A stretch of DNA of 64,000 nucleotides from Moniliella sp. 'wahieum' (lineage: Eukaryota). The translations under genes and the position numbers were made by a program. The notes below the pieces were generated by a model. The model saw only the letters and a program-made list of their open reading frames with translations. It did not search any database and was not told the origin of the DNA. The stretch's first letter is position 1. The number at the start of each line of letters is the position of its first letter. Location of the stretch: NCBI GenBank assembly GCA_003971905.1, contig RSEE01000031.1, positions 372,001 to 436,000 of the forward strand, in the 5' to 3' direction. Below, piece by piece: positions 50,200 through 63,703 of this stretch.

Positions 50200-52669
50200 A
50201 TGTCCCACCGCCCCCCACCCCCCCGTCTCTCCCCGCCCACCATCGCCCCTCCGCCCGCCGCCCCCGATGCGCCAGCCATTGTGCCCTACACCTTCCACTG
50301 CAATGTATGCAACGCCGTCTTCCGCCGCAGCGCCGCTCTCCGCCGCCACCAGCGCACCCACACCAACGACCGCCCCTTTGGCTGCCAGCACTGCGACCAG
50401 CGCTTCACCCGCACCGACCTCCTCCAGCGCCATGTCCAGCGCCGCCATACCCAGCTCAACCGCCAGTATTGGGCCGACCACCCCGTGCCCGCCATGACCG
50501 CCGTCGGCGCCCTCGTCCCGCCCGCTTCCTCCGCGCCCCCCAGTGCGACCACCCCGATTCCCGCTACCGCTCCCACTGCCACCGCCTCCAGCTCTCTCCT
50601 CCAGCCCCGCTGCGCCCTCTACCGTGCCTCTTTTCCCGTCGCATCCGTCGCCTGCCCTTGCGCCTCCGCCTCCATCGCTGCCCCACGACACGCCTCCCAA
50701 TCCCAACCCCAACTCCAACCTTGCCCGCCGCCGTGGCCGCACCCCGCCGCTTGAGCTCGCCCGCCGTATCGCCTCGGCCCTGCCCCCCACCTCTGCCACC
50801 TCTTCCACGCCCCCGCAACAGATGGAGGATGTGGTGCTGGCTGCCCTCCTGGCCAACACTGCTGATGTACAGGGACTATCCTCGTCGTCGTCCTCCTCGT
50901 CCGGACCGAGGTCCATTGATGCGTTCCTGCGCATCGTCCAAGCTGCCGCTCGCTCGCTCGCCCGCCAGCCTCTTCCATCCCCACCTATCTTCTGGCCATT
51001 CACCCCTTGCACTACCTGGCGGCGGCGCGCCCCCCCCGCCGGACGCGGTGGACCTACGCATGTACGGCACCAAGTTTGCTGTCCTCATCCCTTTTGTCCA
51101 TGCTCCCACGCTCGTTCATCCGCTCCGCCGCCGTCCTGCGCCTCCGTCTTCGCAGTTGCAAGATGCCTCAGCCGACCTGATCCGTGCCATGGCCATGGTT
51201 GGCCGATGTTACCGGCAGCTCGAACCGGGGGCCCTGTCGGCAGCGGACTACTATGGCCACACGGCGTTGCGAACCAAGACAATTAGTACAGTGGTACGTC
51301 CTTTTCGAGGTGGTCGGCTCGGCTTGCCTCGGCTCGTCGCGACACTGTGATGTGCGATGTGTGATGTGTGACTGTGAAAGGAAAAGGGTACCCGGTACTG
51401 ACCGAGCCAGATCACGTTGCTTGAGGGCCCGGCGTTGGTGGGCCTGTCCGCCTCATCGTCGGAACGAAGGAGCGACAGTTTCTTACTTCGCCAGGTGCAG
51501 ACGCTCATCTTGACGGAACTGGTCAGCCTTCTGGAGCGGAAGGAAGTGACGCGTGCGCGCTTCACCCATGGCGCGCTGATGCAAGCGACGCAAACGCTGT
51601 GCGAGTATTTACCGAACTGGACCGTGGGGTGTACGATGCATTTGAAGCGTCGGTCGAATGGGACGACTGGCTTACGCGGGAAGAAATCTTACGCACCCTC
51701 TGGACCGGCTACACGCTCGACTTTTTGCAAACCTTTACGTTGCACTCCAGGCCGTGGTTCCTTCGCCGATTTGCTCACGGACATTGCATGGGAACAGCTG
51801 TGGCGCGCGCCCGATGCGAATGGGTTCGCACAAGCCTGTCGTTCCTACGAAGCCTTTGCTTCCATGGGCGGTCTGCCCCCGCCTGACCCCAACCCCGTGG
51901 TGGGATGCCACAAGGAGCGACCAAACGCAAACGGGACGAGGACCTGATCGCGGGCAAAGTGTACTTGCCCCGATTCTGCGCGAAACGTCCGCCAGCGTTG
52001 TGGGAGTGGTGGGCCTGTTGGTGGATGAGAGGAAGACGATGATATTGTCTTGGCCGCCGTCACGCCTTGGCAGGGATTGCACCGAGCGACGTGGGCACGC
52101 CCACGTCCGAATCGCTTGGTCCTTCGCCCGGCGGCCGAACGTCGTTCTCGACGGCGGTCGAGGAGGACCCGGATGCGCTCCGCCATTGGAGGATACGGGG
52201 AAACGGACAAGGTGTTTCGGTGGGCACGGGCGGTGGACGACCGCGGATGCGGCGTCGTTTGAGCGCGATGGGGTACTGGATTGTGCTCTCGTCCGTGTGT
52301 ACGCAACTGCAAGCGCTGCTTCAGAGCGATACGGCGGCACGAACGCGTCTGTCGCATGTATTGGCTGAGGCCGAGTCGAAATTGGCTGATCTGGAAGACG
52401 GCGTGGGCGATCGGGAACTGGAACTGCAAACGGTCGAAAAGGCGTTATTTCTCGTTCGACAAAAACTCAGCCAGGCCAACAACAAAACTCTTGGCCGCTG
52501 CGCCGCACTTGCAAACGCGCTTTGGTCCGATGGCAAAAGTCGTTTCGCCGTCGGGCCATCCGTTGCCCCCGTCCCCGACCCGCGCGACCGCCCCGGGCAC
52601 CTCGGTCCATTTCTTCCGACGTCCGTTTTGGCGCGAACCGTTCAGCTGGTACTGGTGTTCCCTGCATAG
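50200..52669 (+). CDS. two-finger C2H2 transcription factor with a fungal TF-type middle region
   Basis: FHCNVCNAVFRRSAALRRHQRTHTNDRPFGCQHCDQRFTRTDLLQRHVQRRH; IPFVHAPT; EWDDWLTREEILRTLWTGYTLD; WEQLWRAPDA. Confidence 0.85.
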
Positions 52670-52773
52670 CATTTACCGTCTGCACCATCGGATTTGAACA
52701 AAACATGCGAGAGATGGCACATGAACCTGTCTCCCACCCCGTCCCGCCTCACCCGACCCCCACGGCGCCTACG

Positions 52774-53950
52774 ATGCCCTCGGCACCCCGACGTCGGCGC
52801 CGTCGGTGTCTGCGCCCCCCCCTGGCCCTACCGGTGTTACGGGATCAGCACCTCCCCCGCCGCAACCCCTCACCCCGACCCTTCCCCCGAATGGGGGTGG
52901 GCTTCCACGACGACGCTCGACGCCCTCGGGCGCGGTCGGTTGCCGTGCGACCGTTATCGTCGCATGCCCTTTCTGCCCACCCACCTTCCCTCCGCCGATC
53001 AGTTCCCCAGCATCCTATGCCGCTGCCGGTTCCGTTGCTCTGCCCGGTTCCGCCGCGCCCGAGGCCAACCAGACGATTGGGCCCAACTCTGTTGGCGGAA
53101 GGTGTGGGGGCGGGACCGTTTAACGATTTGTTTCTGGATCAGCCTCCGGCCGTGTTCCCGCCCTCATCGGCTCCGCCCGGCGGGCGCGGGAGCTTCAGCC
53201 CCCCTGCTCCCACCGGTCCGGGCGATTGAACTCTCCTCCCGCCGGAAGACGAGGGTGTACGAAGTTTAGGTTCGGATGTGCAGACGTTGCAGTACATGCA
53301 CCCTTACTTTGCCGGCAGCGACGCGTTCCTCGTCGCGGCGATGAGCGACGGGCTACGTTGGAGCCCCGATTGGCGCAGCGGAGGGCTCGGCTGGCAACAG
53401 GCGCGCTTGCTGCGTCGTGCGTTGCGTGGGTACGGCAGTTGGGCGAAGGCAGTGAGTCGGTGGGGTCGACGGAGGACGTGGTGGGCGCAAGTGGTGGCGG
53501 AGGTGCGTGGGATGGGTATGGGCTTGGGCATGGGTATGGCAGTAGGTGCCGAGATGGGATCGCCGTTGGCACCATTGGGTCTGATGATTGCGATGCGGGA
53601 AGCGTTGTTTGGGCTGGATGGCGGGGAACGGATTGCGAGTGCGGTCGGATCGGATGCCAAGTTGCATCATGTTCTGCCCCGCCCCGATTCGCTCTTGGGA
53701 CAACGTTGACCATGTTGTTCCCCACCTTGACACTTTGATGGTGCGCCTCCCTGCTGCTCAGGGCAGACGCCTCGGGGGCCGAGGCTTGGGCCGAGGATAT
53801 CAGTCCCCCCCCCCCCCTAATGGCTCCGGTTGGTTCGTCGAAGCACACCCAAGGCATCCATCCTCTTTGGTCGCTGTTATACGTCTTCCTGGTGCATCGG
53901 GCACTGCGCCTGTGGTTACATCTGTACTATTTCCTAGACAATGACCGCCT
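52774..53950 (+). CDS. hypothetical protein (or 3' continuation of the C2H2 factor)
   Basis: Chain of + strand fragments (52522-53229, 53278-53709, 53820-54110) with protein-like composition and a hydrophobic C-terminal stretch. No family recognised. Confidence 0.4.
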
Positions 53951-54418
53951 TATTTATCCTCTCCCCCCTACCTCCCGTGCCTACCCATCCGCGTACCTTT
54001 ATTCCTCGGATCACCCCCACTTGCTTCCTGTGCCACTGCCCAGGCTGAGCCGCGAGGCTCACGGGCCACGCGGCCGCGCACGCCGCCTGGTACTCCACCC
54101 TGTCCACTAGGACTGGCCAACTGGCCAGGAACCTGCCTCAATGTTATGCTGGGCCTACTGCTAGCCAAACGAATGCCGTAGACGAACCCAAGGACAAGGG
54201 GCGTGTCTGGCACATCCCGCGCCCGGGATGCTACTGCTCCTTTTACGAGCTCGAGGGGAGTGCATGACGGGAGTACAAAGTTGTAGGGGTACAAGAAGAA
54301 GGAAAGCGAGAACGGCCAAGGAGACCGAAACCGAGACCGAGACCGAGACAAAGACTGACGGGACGAGACAAGAGAGAATCCCTCACCCCCAAGCCTTGTG
54401 GGGTTGGCCGAGTCTACT

Positions 54419-55558
54419 CTAGTCGTCTGCCAAGATCGCCTCGTTGAGCTCGGCGAGCGGGACGAGCTCTTTGGAGTCGATGAGGTGGAACTCGGTGACA
54501 AACAGCAAAAAGTGGCGGTAGGAGGTGTTGAGGTGCGCTGGGGAAGCAAAGCAGAAATGCAAGGAACGTAAGGAACTTTGTCAGTCGGTCGGTCCAGCAG
54601 GTAGGCCAGGTAGACGGCACCAAAACCTTCGTCCCCGCCCACCCCTTGCGGTCCCGTGCTGCGACATGGAATGAGGGTCGCAGCTGGGGGACAAACCAGC
54701 AAGCAGAAGCAACAAGACAGACAGGGCGGGGTCCCATGAGTGCCAACACGTACCTTCAATCTTCAGGGCACAAATCTGCTGAAAGTGGGAGAGGTAGATA
54801 TGTGCATAGACGCGGAACAGCCGACGCAAGAGGGATTTGACCGTGGCCTCGAATTTGGCCGGGAACGGTGTCCCAATCTCGCTGGGAAACACTGTATCGT
54901 CATCCACTTGCCGTTGCACCCAGGCAACAGACAGTCGACATACTCGGGCGCACTCAGACGAACAGGACGTTTGTACTCGCTGGTGGACGTGTCTTGCCAG
55001 TGGTACTCAAATCTCTTTCCTGCGCTCATCGAAGGGCATTGCTCACATGTACACTGCAACGTAGAGTCAGCTGGGCTTGCTCTGCAGCGGGAACACACCC
55101 CTCGGCGGCGCGGAGAGGGTAGGGGGGACATACGAATTCAGTCAAGGTGCCATAGAGCATATTGACGTGGTTGAAAAAGTCGACAGCTTCCAGGACACAG
55201 TTAGTACCGATACGCTGCTCGCAACGCAATGCAAGGGGGCCGGGGGAGTGCGTACTGTGCAGGGCCAACCACTCGTCCCGATCTTCTCCGGGAGGCAACT
55301 TGACTGCGTTGCGGAGGTTTCCGCTGCCCAGTGTGGCTTCGGCATAGCGCTTGAGCAGGCTGTTGAGGCGCGGAGGAGGGAGAAGGAAGGAGTCAGCGCG
55401 CGTGTTGAGCAAGGGAGGTGAAGGCACAAGCACAAGCAAGGGAAAGAGCAAGCGCAAGCGCAAGCGACGGAGCAGGCGTACCTCTGTTTGGTGCCGGCAG
55501 GGAGGTTGCGCTTGGGCTTGAAGGTCTGGTTGCGCTGGATGCCAAAGAAGGAGGCCAT
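54419..55558 (-). CDS. MOB1: Mob1 kinase activator (MEN/SIN pathway)
   Basis: [119 protein letters not shown]. Confidence 0.95.
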
Positions 55559-56596
55559 GGTGGGGGGGGCTGGTGTGGGAGAGGGCAGAGACGCTGCTGG
55601 AGACGGGCGCTGAAGCCCACTCGCTTGCCCAAATCAACACACCGCCATGTTGGAACACAATCGACGGGCATCACCCACCATGCATGACTATGATCCACCA
55701 TCCATCTTCCATCCCCCAGCAGCGATCGCCCGCGACGAGGGAGTGAAATGTTCAGGTTGAATGTGCCCAAACACGCAAGCAGACACTAGCTGTGCAGAAG
55801 AGACACCCATCATGCATCCCACATCATGCATCACGACCATGCCATGTTCAATGTTCATATTCAGCCGACACTTGGACAAAGCCACGTCGGGCCTCGCCTC
55901 CAGCCCCAACCTCCTCAGCGTCACGGCCGCAACCGGCACAAGTGGGGTGGCCGGGAAACCAGCCCAGATTCGAGCGGAGGGTGCTCGTCGTCCTCGGTAC
56001 TGCGTGGAGATGAGGATGGACGCCGCTCGTGTTCGGGTCGAAGAGCGCCAACTGAGGCAGGACATGCCCAAACACGTTGGATGGCATCCCCTACCCGTAC
56101 AGTCAAGCTTCAAAGCGCAAGGAGACGTTCTCTCTTACTATTGTACTCGGCCCAAGTATTGCAACCTGCTTCGCGCCATGCCGATGGAGGACGGGCTGGA
56201 CGCTGACCGAAAGTGCCGTTTCTTCCGTATGGAGTTTTAACGGGTCGGGGGGGGGGGGGTGCGAAGACCCTCAGGGTAGGAAGTGATATACTCGATACCT
56301 GCTGATTGTGCCGCAGACTGAGCTGCGAGCATCTCGCTGTTGTCAATGTCACGCGTCACGAGGACCCGTTTTAGTTAGGGGGGTGGGTGCGCCCGTACAT
56401 AGATCTCAAAGCTAAGTCTGTTCGCAAGCCTCGTGGCTCTCATTCCCCCTTTCCTTCACCCCACCACTGCCACCATCGCCATCGCCATCGCCACCATCTT
56501 CATCACCGCCGACCGCGTCCTCTGCTTTGCCCTGGCCCTATTGCGCCCACCGACCACGCCCCTCGAGCTCCGGGTCGTGGTATAGGCGCCGTCATC

Positions 56597-58904
56597 ATGG
56601 AATCAGCTTCCTCAGCCTCAGCCTCAGCTTCTTCTGCAATACAAATCATTCTATACCACCCTCACTCCCTTGGCCTTCTCGTCTTGGTTCCATTGAGTCC
56701 TTCGCGCACCCCAGCTCTACTGCTCTACCGCCTTCAACGACTGCTACCACCTTAACCTCGCGCTGGTAGCTTGAGCGGCGCCAGTCGGGCCCCCATCAAA
56801 GCCTCATCTGGGACCCCCGCACAGGAAAACAGCCAGCTCAGTGACATTGCTATCTCCAAGCCGCTCCCTCCCCGACCCCCATCTAGCTTCCCCCTTGGCC
56901 GCCGCTACTCCAGCCGGGCCTCATCCTTGATTAGCAACCTGAGTCGGCGCCTGAGCGTGGACAATGTCGTGTCTTCCTTGTCGCAGAGGGCCACCAACCG
57001 CGCGAGTGCCACCGATCGACCGAGACGGGGTAGCTTTCCCACCCTCTCAGCTACGGCTACGATGTCGTCTCTTGCTACGTTCCCGACCAGTGCAGCGGAC
57101 CCGGACGAGGTATACTTTGCGGTCCACATGCGGTCCAAAAGCCACGTGCACGACCGGAAGCTCCCTCTGGCCGGTCGCCCGATCCTGGTAGTTTGGTGCC
57201 CTGCACCGCGCCCGATCGGACGGTACTTTCGACCAAGACACTGGCAGCGAGTAAGGCCAAACGGCGTCCTGCCCACCTTACCGCCTCGCCGACGGCTACC
57301 GCATCATCGTGTCCCGCCACTGCGCGCATCCGGACGGGGCGCGGCTCAGCGTGGTCGCAGCCAACATCACTGTTTGGCAACTACTCTGCTGGATCGCAGC
57401 GCTCCGTCTCGGTTCTGTCACCCAGCGCATCGAGCGCGGCCACGTTTGATAATACCCATCTGGACCTGGGGGACCACCTCGACGTTCTCTCGCACGCGAC
57501 GACACTGGAACTGTACCTGCGCAATGCGAGCAAGGGGGAAGATCCGCAGTCGGTGTACGAGCTGGCCATCTTTATTCTCGAAGCGGCGCAAGTACGAGAC
57601 GACTTGTCCTCAGACCAGCACCAGCACCTTGTTCAGGGGGCGATGGACTTGTTGCGCAGGATGGCGGACCGAGGTCATGTTGCGCGCGCAGTTCTACCTT
57701 GCGGAATGCGTGGCAGGCGGTGTGGGGCAGCCCGAGGGGAAGCGGCGGATGGACCAGGCGCAAGCGCTGTACGTACTCGCTGCCAAACATGGCCATGCCG
57801 ATGCAGCCTACAAGGCCGGGCGCTGCTTGAGCAAGGGGGGTTGCCTCAAGGACCACAGCAAAGCGCTCCATTGGCTTCGCAAGGCCGCTTCGGCCGAGCA
57901 TGCCGGCGCGCTCTACCGTCTCGGCATGGCCGAACTGAATGGCGAACTGGGCCAACGGAAGAACGCACGCCAAGGCGTCAAGTACCTCAAGTTGTCTGCC
58001 CAGGCCGCTACGCCCGAATGGCCCCACGCATTGCACGAACTTGCTCTGCTCCACCACCGGTATCCAAGGCGTCCTATTTCCCGACCCCGACTACACGCGC
58101 CAACTCTTAACCCAGGCAGCTGAGCTGGGCTTTGCACCGTCGGCGTACCTGCTGGGTGAAAACTACGAGTATGGGCGGATGGGATGCTGGGTGGATGGGG
58201 GCTTGAGCGTGCACATGTACAACATTGCTGCCCAACAGAACCATGCGGAAGCGTGCTTTGCGTTGACAGCTTGGTACATGGTCGGTGTCCCTGGCATCCT
58301 GCCCCAATCCGATACGGAAGCGTTCCTCTGGGCCCAAAGGGCCGCGGCCAAGAACCTCGCCAAGGCCGAGTACGCGCTTGGGTACTTTTGCGAGGTGGGC
58401 GTGGGGACCGAGAAGGATGCAGCCAAGGCCCACAGTTGGTTCGTACGCGCCAGCGAGCATGGCGATCCCCGCGCTCTTGCCCGTCTCACGTCCCTTCGAT
58501 CGCGCGGGCGGGCAGCAGTGGATCGACATCCATTCCCCCCGCTCTGGTCAGGTGGGAACGAAATACATGACAACCCTTACGACCCCTACCTTCCCACCCC
58601 AGCCTCCCGTCCCACCTACCACCATCTCCAACGAAACGACGAGGAGGTAATTAATTCCCCCCTCACCAGCTCATCCACACCCGACTCTGGTTTTCCCCGT
58701 TACCTATTCACCACACGGTGCCGATTCTGCCCCCTTTTCCGTGAACATACATTAGACCGTATGATGTGCATTGCCTTTTACCACCCGTTCCCACTCTGGT
58801 TTACTTTCATACCGCTCCACGCCCTTCCCCCCCCTCCCCCTGAGCCAAGACTGTGTTTTCTGCATGATCGGATTGCCCTGCCGGTTGCTGCGCCTAGTGC
58901 CTAG
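56597..58904 (+). CDS. Sel1-repeat chitin synthase activator (Chs4/Skt5-like); 3' end uncertain
   Basis: AQFYLAEC, LAAKHGHADAAYKAGRC, RKAASAEHAGALYRLGMAELNGELG, ACFALTAWYMVGVPGILPQSDTEAFLWA, KAEYALGYFCEVGVG. Confidence 0.88.
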
Positions 58905-59632
58905 TTAAATGTTGAGCCGTTTTCCAGCTCAACACGTTCCACTGCTGCGCGCCTCCGTTTGGCTGGTTTGGCATGGGGCTTTGCCCTATACAGCCATTGT
59001 CTGTCACAAGATCTGAGGACCTGTCTTGGCCACACTGCATGAAAACGTCGGATGAAACAACGGCAACGAGAAACGTCCGTCGAAACTGTATCTACGTAGT
59101 ACACAGCCTCCCCCCGCATCTCGCTGGAGAGCCCAGTGGTCCTGTGCACCAATGACGTCCCCAGTCCCATGATCTTCATTCAAATAGCTAGCATCGGTTC
59201 TGTCAGGGGAGGTGGGGGGAGGGAAACAAAGAGATGGGTGTGGTCAGGACCATGACCAGAGGTTGTGGCCCGTCCTACACACAGCAGCGTTTATGTACCA
59301 TGCCCGCAGTGGGGCGCCGGGTGGAGGAGCAGCAGACCTACATGATGGAACCATAATTTCCTTCTGCGACTCGAATCAACTGCTGGCGCTGCGGACTCGT
59401 GTGCTGCTAGCCCAGGGTGCTCAGGCGGAGAACGCACAGTCGGAGCCCGGAGGTGAAGAGGCAATCGGGGGTCCTGTGCGATCTCATGCCTCATATCCAA
59501 CACTTCCGTTCCCGACCCACCCTCCACCGTCTTCCCGGGCCAGCAAGCTCCGTCCGCCCAACCCCTCGGATCATAATCCCGCAAGAGCCCCCCCCCCGCC
59601 CTAGCCACTGCATGGCAGGCTGACAACCACTG

Positions 59633-59680
59633 CACACAACACACACACAACACAACACAACACAACACAACACAACACAA
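59633..59680. repeat. (CACAA)n pentanucleotide microsatellite just 3' of KIN1
   Basis: cacacaac acacacacaa cacaacacaa cacaacacaa cacaacacaa. Confidence 0.9.
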
Positions 59681-59710
59681 TGCTGCCCCCAGTGGGTAAA
59701 AAAATTCAAA

Positions 59711-62700
59711 TTACAACTTGGCCACTTGCAAGATTTGCTTGGCCAAGCGCGAATACAACCAGGGTTGCCAGCCACTTTGCGGAACTGGATGCCCTTGACG
59801 CCCAACAACAACGGCACCCGTACCACGAACAGTTCGAATCGGATCTTGCGACTTTCCACCGACTCTTCTCCGCCCGACAAGGGCGCATCCACCACCGACG
59901 TGCCCTCGGCCGTCGTGGCCGTCGTAGCCGTTGTACCGTTCGGCCCGGTCTCGGCCCCCGTCTCGGTTCCGGTCTCGGGCCCCGTCTCGGCTCCCGTCTC
60001 GGCTCCCGTCTCGTCTTCCCCCGTCAACGAAGGATGCGAATGGGACGGCAGGGACGAATGCGGGGCGTCATGGACCGAAGAATGAATCGGCGCATCGCCT
60101 TTGCCTGCCAACGCTTCTTCCGGAACGACATAGAGACACGAATAGCCACCTTTGATTCGTGGTGTTCTACGCCCAGTACGTCCAGCGCATCCACCAACGC
60201 TTGGTGGATGCGTTCCCGGCTCTTGGTCGAGGTGGTGGCAACGGAAAAGAGGCCTTGAGGAAGACGGGTTTGGCAAATTTAGCCCCGCCCTTGAGCGACT
60301 TGGAACTGGGACCTTGGCCTGGACTTTGGCCCTGGTCCTGCGCCTCGGGTTGGCCAGGAAGTTGGGTGCGGGCATGGCGCGCGGCGGGGGCAAGTGGAGA
60401 CGAGGGGATATCCTTGACGGGCGCAGCGACGCAGACCGATGAGGTCGTCGCACATCGCGCGACAGACGACGCGGGATCAAGTGACTCACCCGACGCGTCG
60501 GCACACTACTTTCCTCGTCCGCCGGCGCATAGGAATGCACATCTTGCATCACCTCTTGTTCTTCCCCCTCGGACCGCGGCAGCGGCACCGACGCGCCCGA
60601 CTCAACACCAAACCGGCCGAGTCCGAGTGCACCGAACCCGGTACCGAGCCATGGGCCGAACCATGCACCGAGCCATGCACCGAGCCATGCGCCGAGCCGT
60701 GCACCGAGTCATGCACCGAGTTCTGCACCGAAGTAGGCATCGAAGCTTGTGAATCCGGCGGCGTGCTTCGTACCCGGCCCGCACCGGGCGGAGGCGGGGT
60801 GGACAGAGGACCGGGGCTAAGGGTGGATTTGCGATGCAGGATCCCAAGTCCTGCGGTCGACAGACGGCGCCGGGACTTCTTTCCTTCTCCTTTTCCTTCT
60901 CTTTCTCCTTTTCCTCTTTCTCGTCGCCCGGGGCAGTAGGGGGAAAGGGGCACGCTCGGGACGGGTGATCAGTTGACTCAACCGGCGTCCCAAGCCCGAC
61001 AGACCATGTCTCGGCTGGCGGCGCCGTGGAGCGGACGGGGCGCAACGAGGGTAGGACCCATGGTCGTCTCGGGCTCCGACTGGATCGGACCAAAGGACGG
61101 GGGCGACACTTCCTGCGTGGGGGTCAGATATCATGAATGTGCCCCGTAGTCCGGGTGAGCGGCACGGTTTTCTCCCCCGGGCAATGGCGGGACCGGAATC
61201 GTATCCCGGGCGGCTTGTTCCTGTTCGAGTGTGGGGTACGAACCAGCTCGGCCTGGGTGTGAGGACGGTGGGGGAGGAAAGAGTCCCGTCGTGCTTCCGA
61301 AGGGACATGCGGGGCGCAGGGGAGCCACTGGGTGGGTGCGTAGGAGGCTCGGCAAGCGAAGTGGGACGGTGAACGGCCGGCGGGAGGGGAGACGGTAAGA
61401 CGTCGTCTTCGGGAATGTCAGCTGTGGTCGGTACGGCCGAGGTGGGGGGGCGTTCATGCCGCCTGGCACGGGACCAGTGGAGGCTGTGGAGATGATCTGG
61501 GTTTGGTGGGCCTTGGCAAAGGCAGCAGGCACCTTGGGGGGTACAGTGCCACGTTGGAAGGTGCGCCCGGGGCGTGAGCAGCACGAACTTGTTGGTCCAG
61601 CAGCGACACACTGGAGGAGGCGAAAAAGTTTTCCCCATACGTCCGTTCGCGCGCTTGCTTTTCCCGCACAAGAAAGTAGATCGAGATGAGGGGGTGGTAG
61701 GCATTCAACGGGTCCAGCGCGGTCGGTACCCCGCCGCCCGGCCGACAACATCTTGGTCCCCATCGGTCCCAGCCCGGAAGCGGTCGCAGGCGATGTTTGC
61801 GACGACTCGTCTTTTCCGTTGGCTCCCGTGAACACGAGGTGGCCTTGCGACGCGCAAAGTCGATGCCTGAAAACCGTTTGGAGGGGGCATTGAGTTCAGC
61901 GCCCGAAGGTCGAGCGGCCGATGTGGAGTGTCGCGAGGAGATGTTGCGGTGCAACGACAGGTGGCGTTTTTCCTTGGTGGACTTGGAGACTTGCTTGACT
62001 CGGTACTGGAAGAAACGAGGGGGGGAGGGAGGCGACCGAGTTGAAGGTGCGGAACTGTTCGGGGACGGACTCGGGCGTGCGGAGGCCGTGGTAGACCTCC
62101 CACCAGGCCAAGGTGGACAGGTACAAGTCCGAAGTAAGAATCTCGGTCATATGAGCCTCGATTTGCTCGGCCGGGCCGAAATCGAAGCCAGTCATGCCCT
62201 GGATCACAGTGGGATCCAAGTCGGCGACCCGAAGCGGTTGGCGCTTGGGCATGTAGAGTTCCGGGGCGCTCGTACCCTTTGTTGATCCAGGGATGGTTGA
62301 GAAGCTCGGTCATGGTTGCGCGTTGTTGCGGGCTGACAACAAGCATGCGCGATAGCAGCTGCTTGCATTCGGCCGAGAGCCATTGCGGATACTCACCACA
62401 CCCTTTTTGATCTTGGCGTGAAGCGCGGGCATGGACTGATCGTCAAATGGCACCTTGCCACACACGAGCACATACAGCACCACCCCAAACGACCACACAT
62501 CTACCTCGGGACCGGTGTAGAGCTTGGCATTGAGCAGCTCGGGCGATGCAAAGTACAAGGAGCCGCAAAAGGTGGTGAGGTTGCCTTGGGGCGAGTAGAG
62601 GTTGAGAGGCCAAAGTCGATGATCTTGATGTTGCCCGACTTGGAGATGAGAATGTTTTCAATTTTGAGATCTGTGTGACCAAAGAAAGCGTCAGAGTGTG

Positions 62701-63680
62701 CGCACAGACAAGCCAGAGTGGGCTCCAGCGGGGAAGGCAGGGCAAGGGGGCAGGTACGCCTGTACCCCCCCCCCCCCCTACCCCACCTGACCCCAAGACG
62801 CTGCGCCAGACGTACCACGGTGGATGACCGAGTTGCGATGGCAGTATTCGAGAGCGGAAGCGATCTGGCGGGCAAACTTGCGCGCCGCACGCTCGCTCAG
62901 GCGACCATGGGCGATGATGTAGTCGAGCAGCTGGCCGCCATTGACGTATTCGCACACCATGTAGTAGTGGTTGGGTTGGATCATCATTTCGCGCATCCCG
63001 CACACATAGGGGTGATGGAGCAAGAGTTGCAACGAACCTTCGCGCGTCGTGCGCACCTCCTTGGACTCGTCCTTGGCACGCGCCTTGCGCATGTACGAGG
63101 GCGAGGGCGCCGTGTACGGCCGGCCATGGGAGTCAAGGTAGGGAGTGCCATCCGAGTGACGGGCGGCGGCCTTGGCGGCCACCTGTTCTGCGGCCGCAAC
63201 GAAGTGTGGCGAGGCACAATCTTGATCGCCACACGTTCGCCGGTGGCCATCTTGACCGCCAGCTTGACCTTACCCATGGAGCCGGCACCCAAGGTCTTGC
63301 CCAGGACATAGTCGCCAATGGAGCGGCGGCCGCGGCGCTCGCGCTCCTTGCTGCTGAGAGCGGTGGCGGCGGCGGCGGCGGGGTCGGGGGCATGTGCTGG
63401 GGGTGTCGCTGGGGGGGGCGGGGGCGGTAGCGGTGCGGGTGGGAGGGGGGGGGCACGCGAGTCGCGCTGGCGATCTAGGCCGCCGTCGCGCTGGCGTCGG
63501 CAGGCTCGGGGGGGGGTTGGGCGGGGGCGCAGGGCCATCGGGGTCGAGGGCGCAGGGCCGGTGAAGGGGACGCCCTGGGCGGCGGGGGGACGGTGACGCT
63601 GATGCTGTGCAGGTGGTCGGCCGCGGGGGCTGGTCCAGCGCGGGGTTGGCGAGGGTGGGGTCGGAGGCGGCGGGGCGCAT
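59711..63680 (-). CDS. KIN1: Kin1/Kin2 (MARK/PAR-1) Ser/Thr kinase with C-terminal KA1 domain
   Basis: [123 protein letters not shown]1 [27 protein letters not shown]. Confidence 0.95.
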
Positions 63681-63703
63681 GGGCAGCACGAGCACGGGGG
63701 GGG

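Noticed and set aside
55900..56110. Minus-strand Rpp14/Pop8-like peptide (VGDAIQRVFGHVLPQLALFDPNTS)
   Set aside because: Requires several assumed frameshifts in about 200 bp and has no clear start; not supportable without a search.
56371..56380. TTAGTTAGGG telomere-like word
   Set aside because: Single copy, no array.
58771..58785. TTGCCTTTTACCA resembles U5 snRNA loop I
   Set aside because: No convincing closing stem or Sm site, and it follows a GTATGA donor-like site near the end of the CHS4-like gene.
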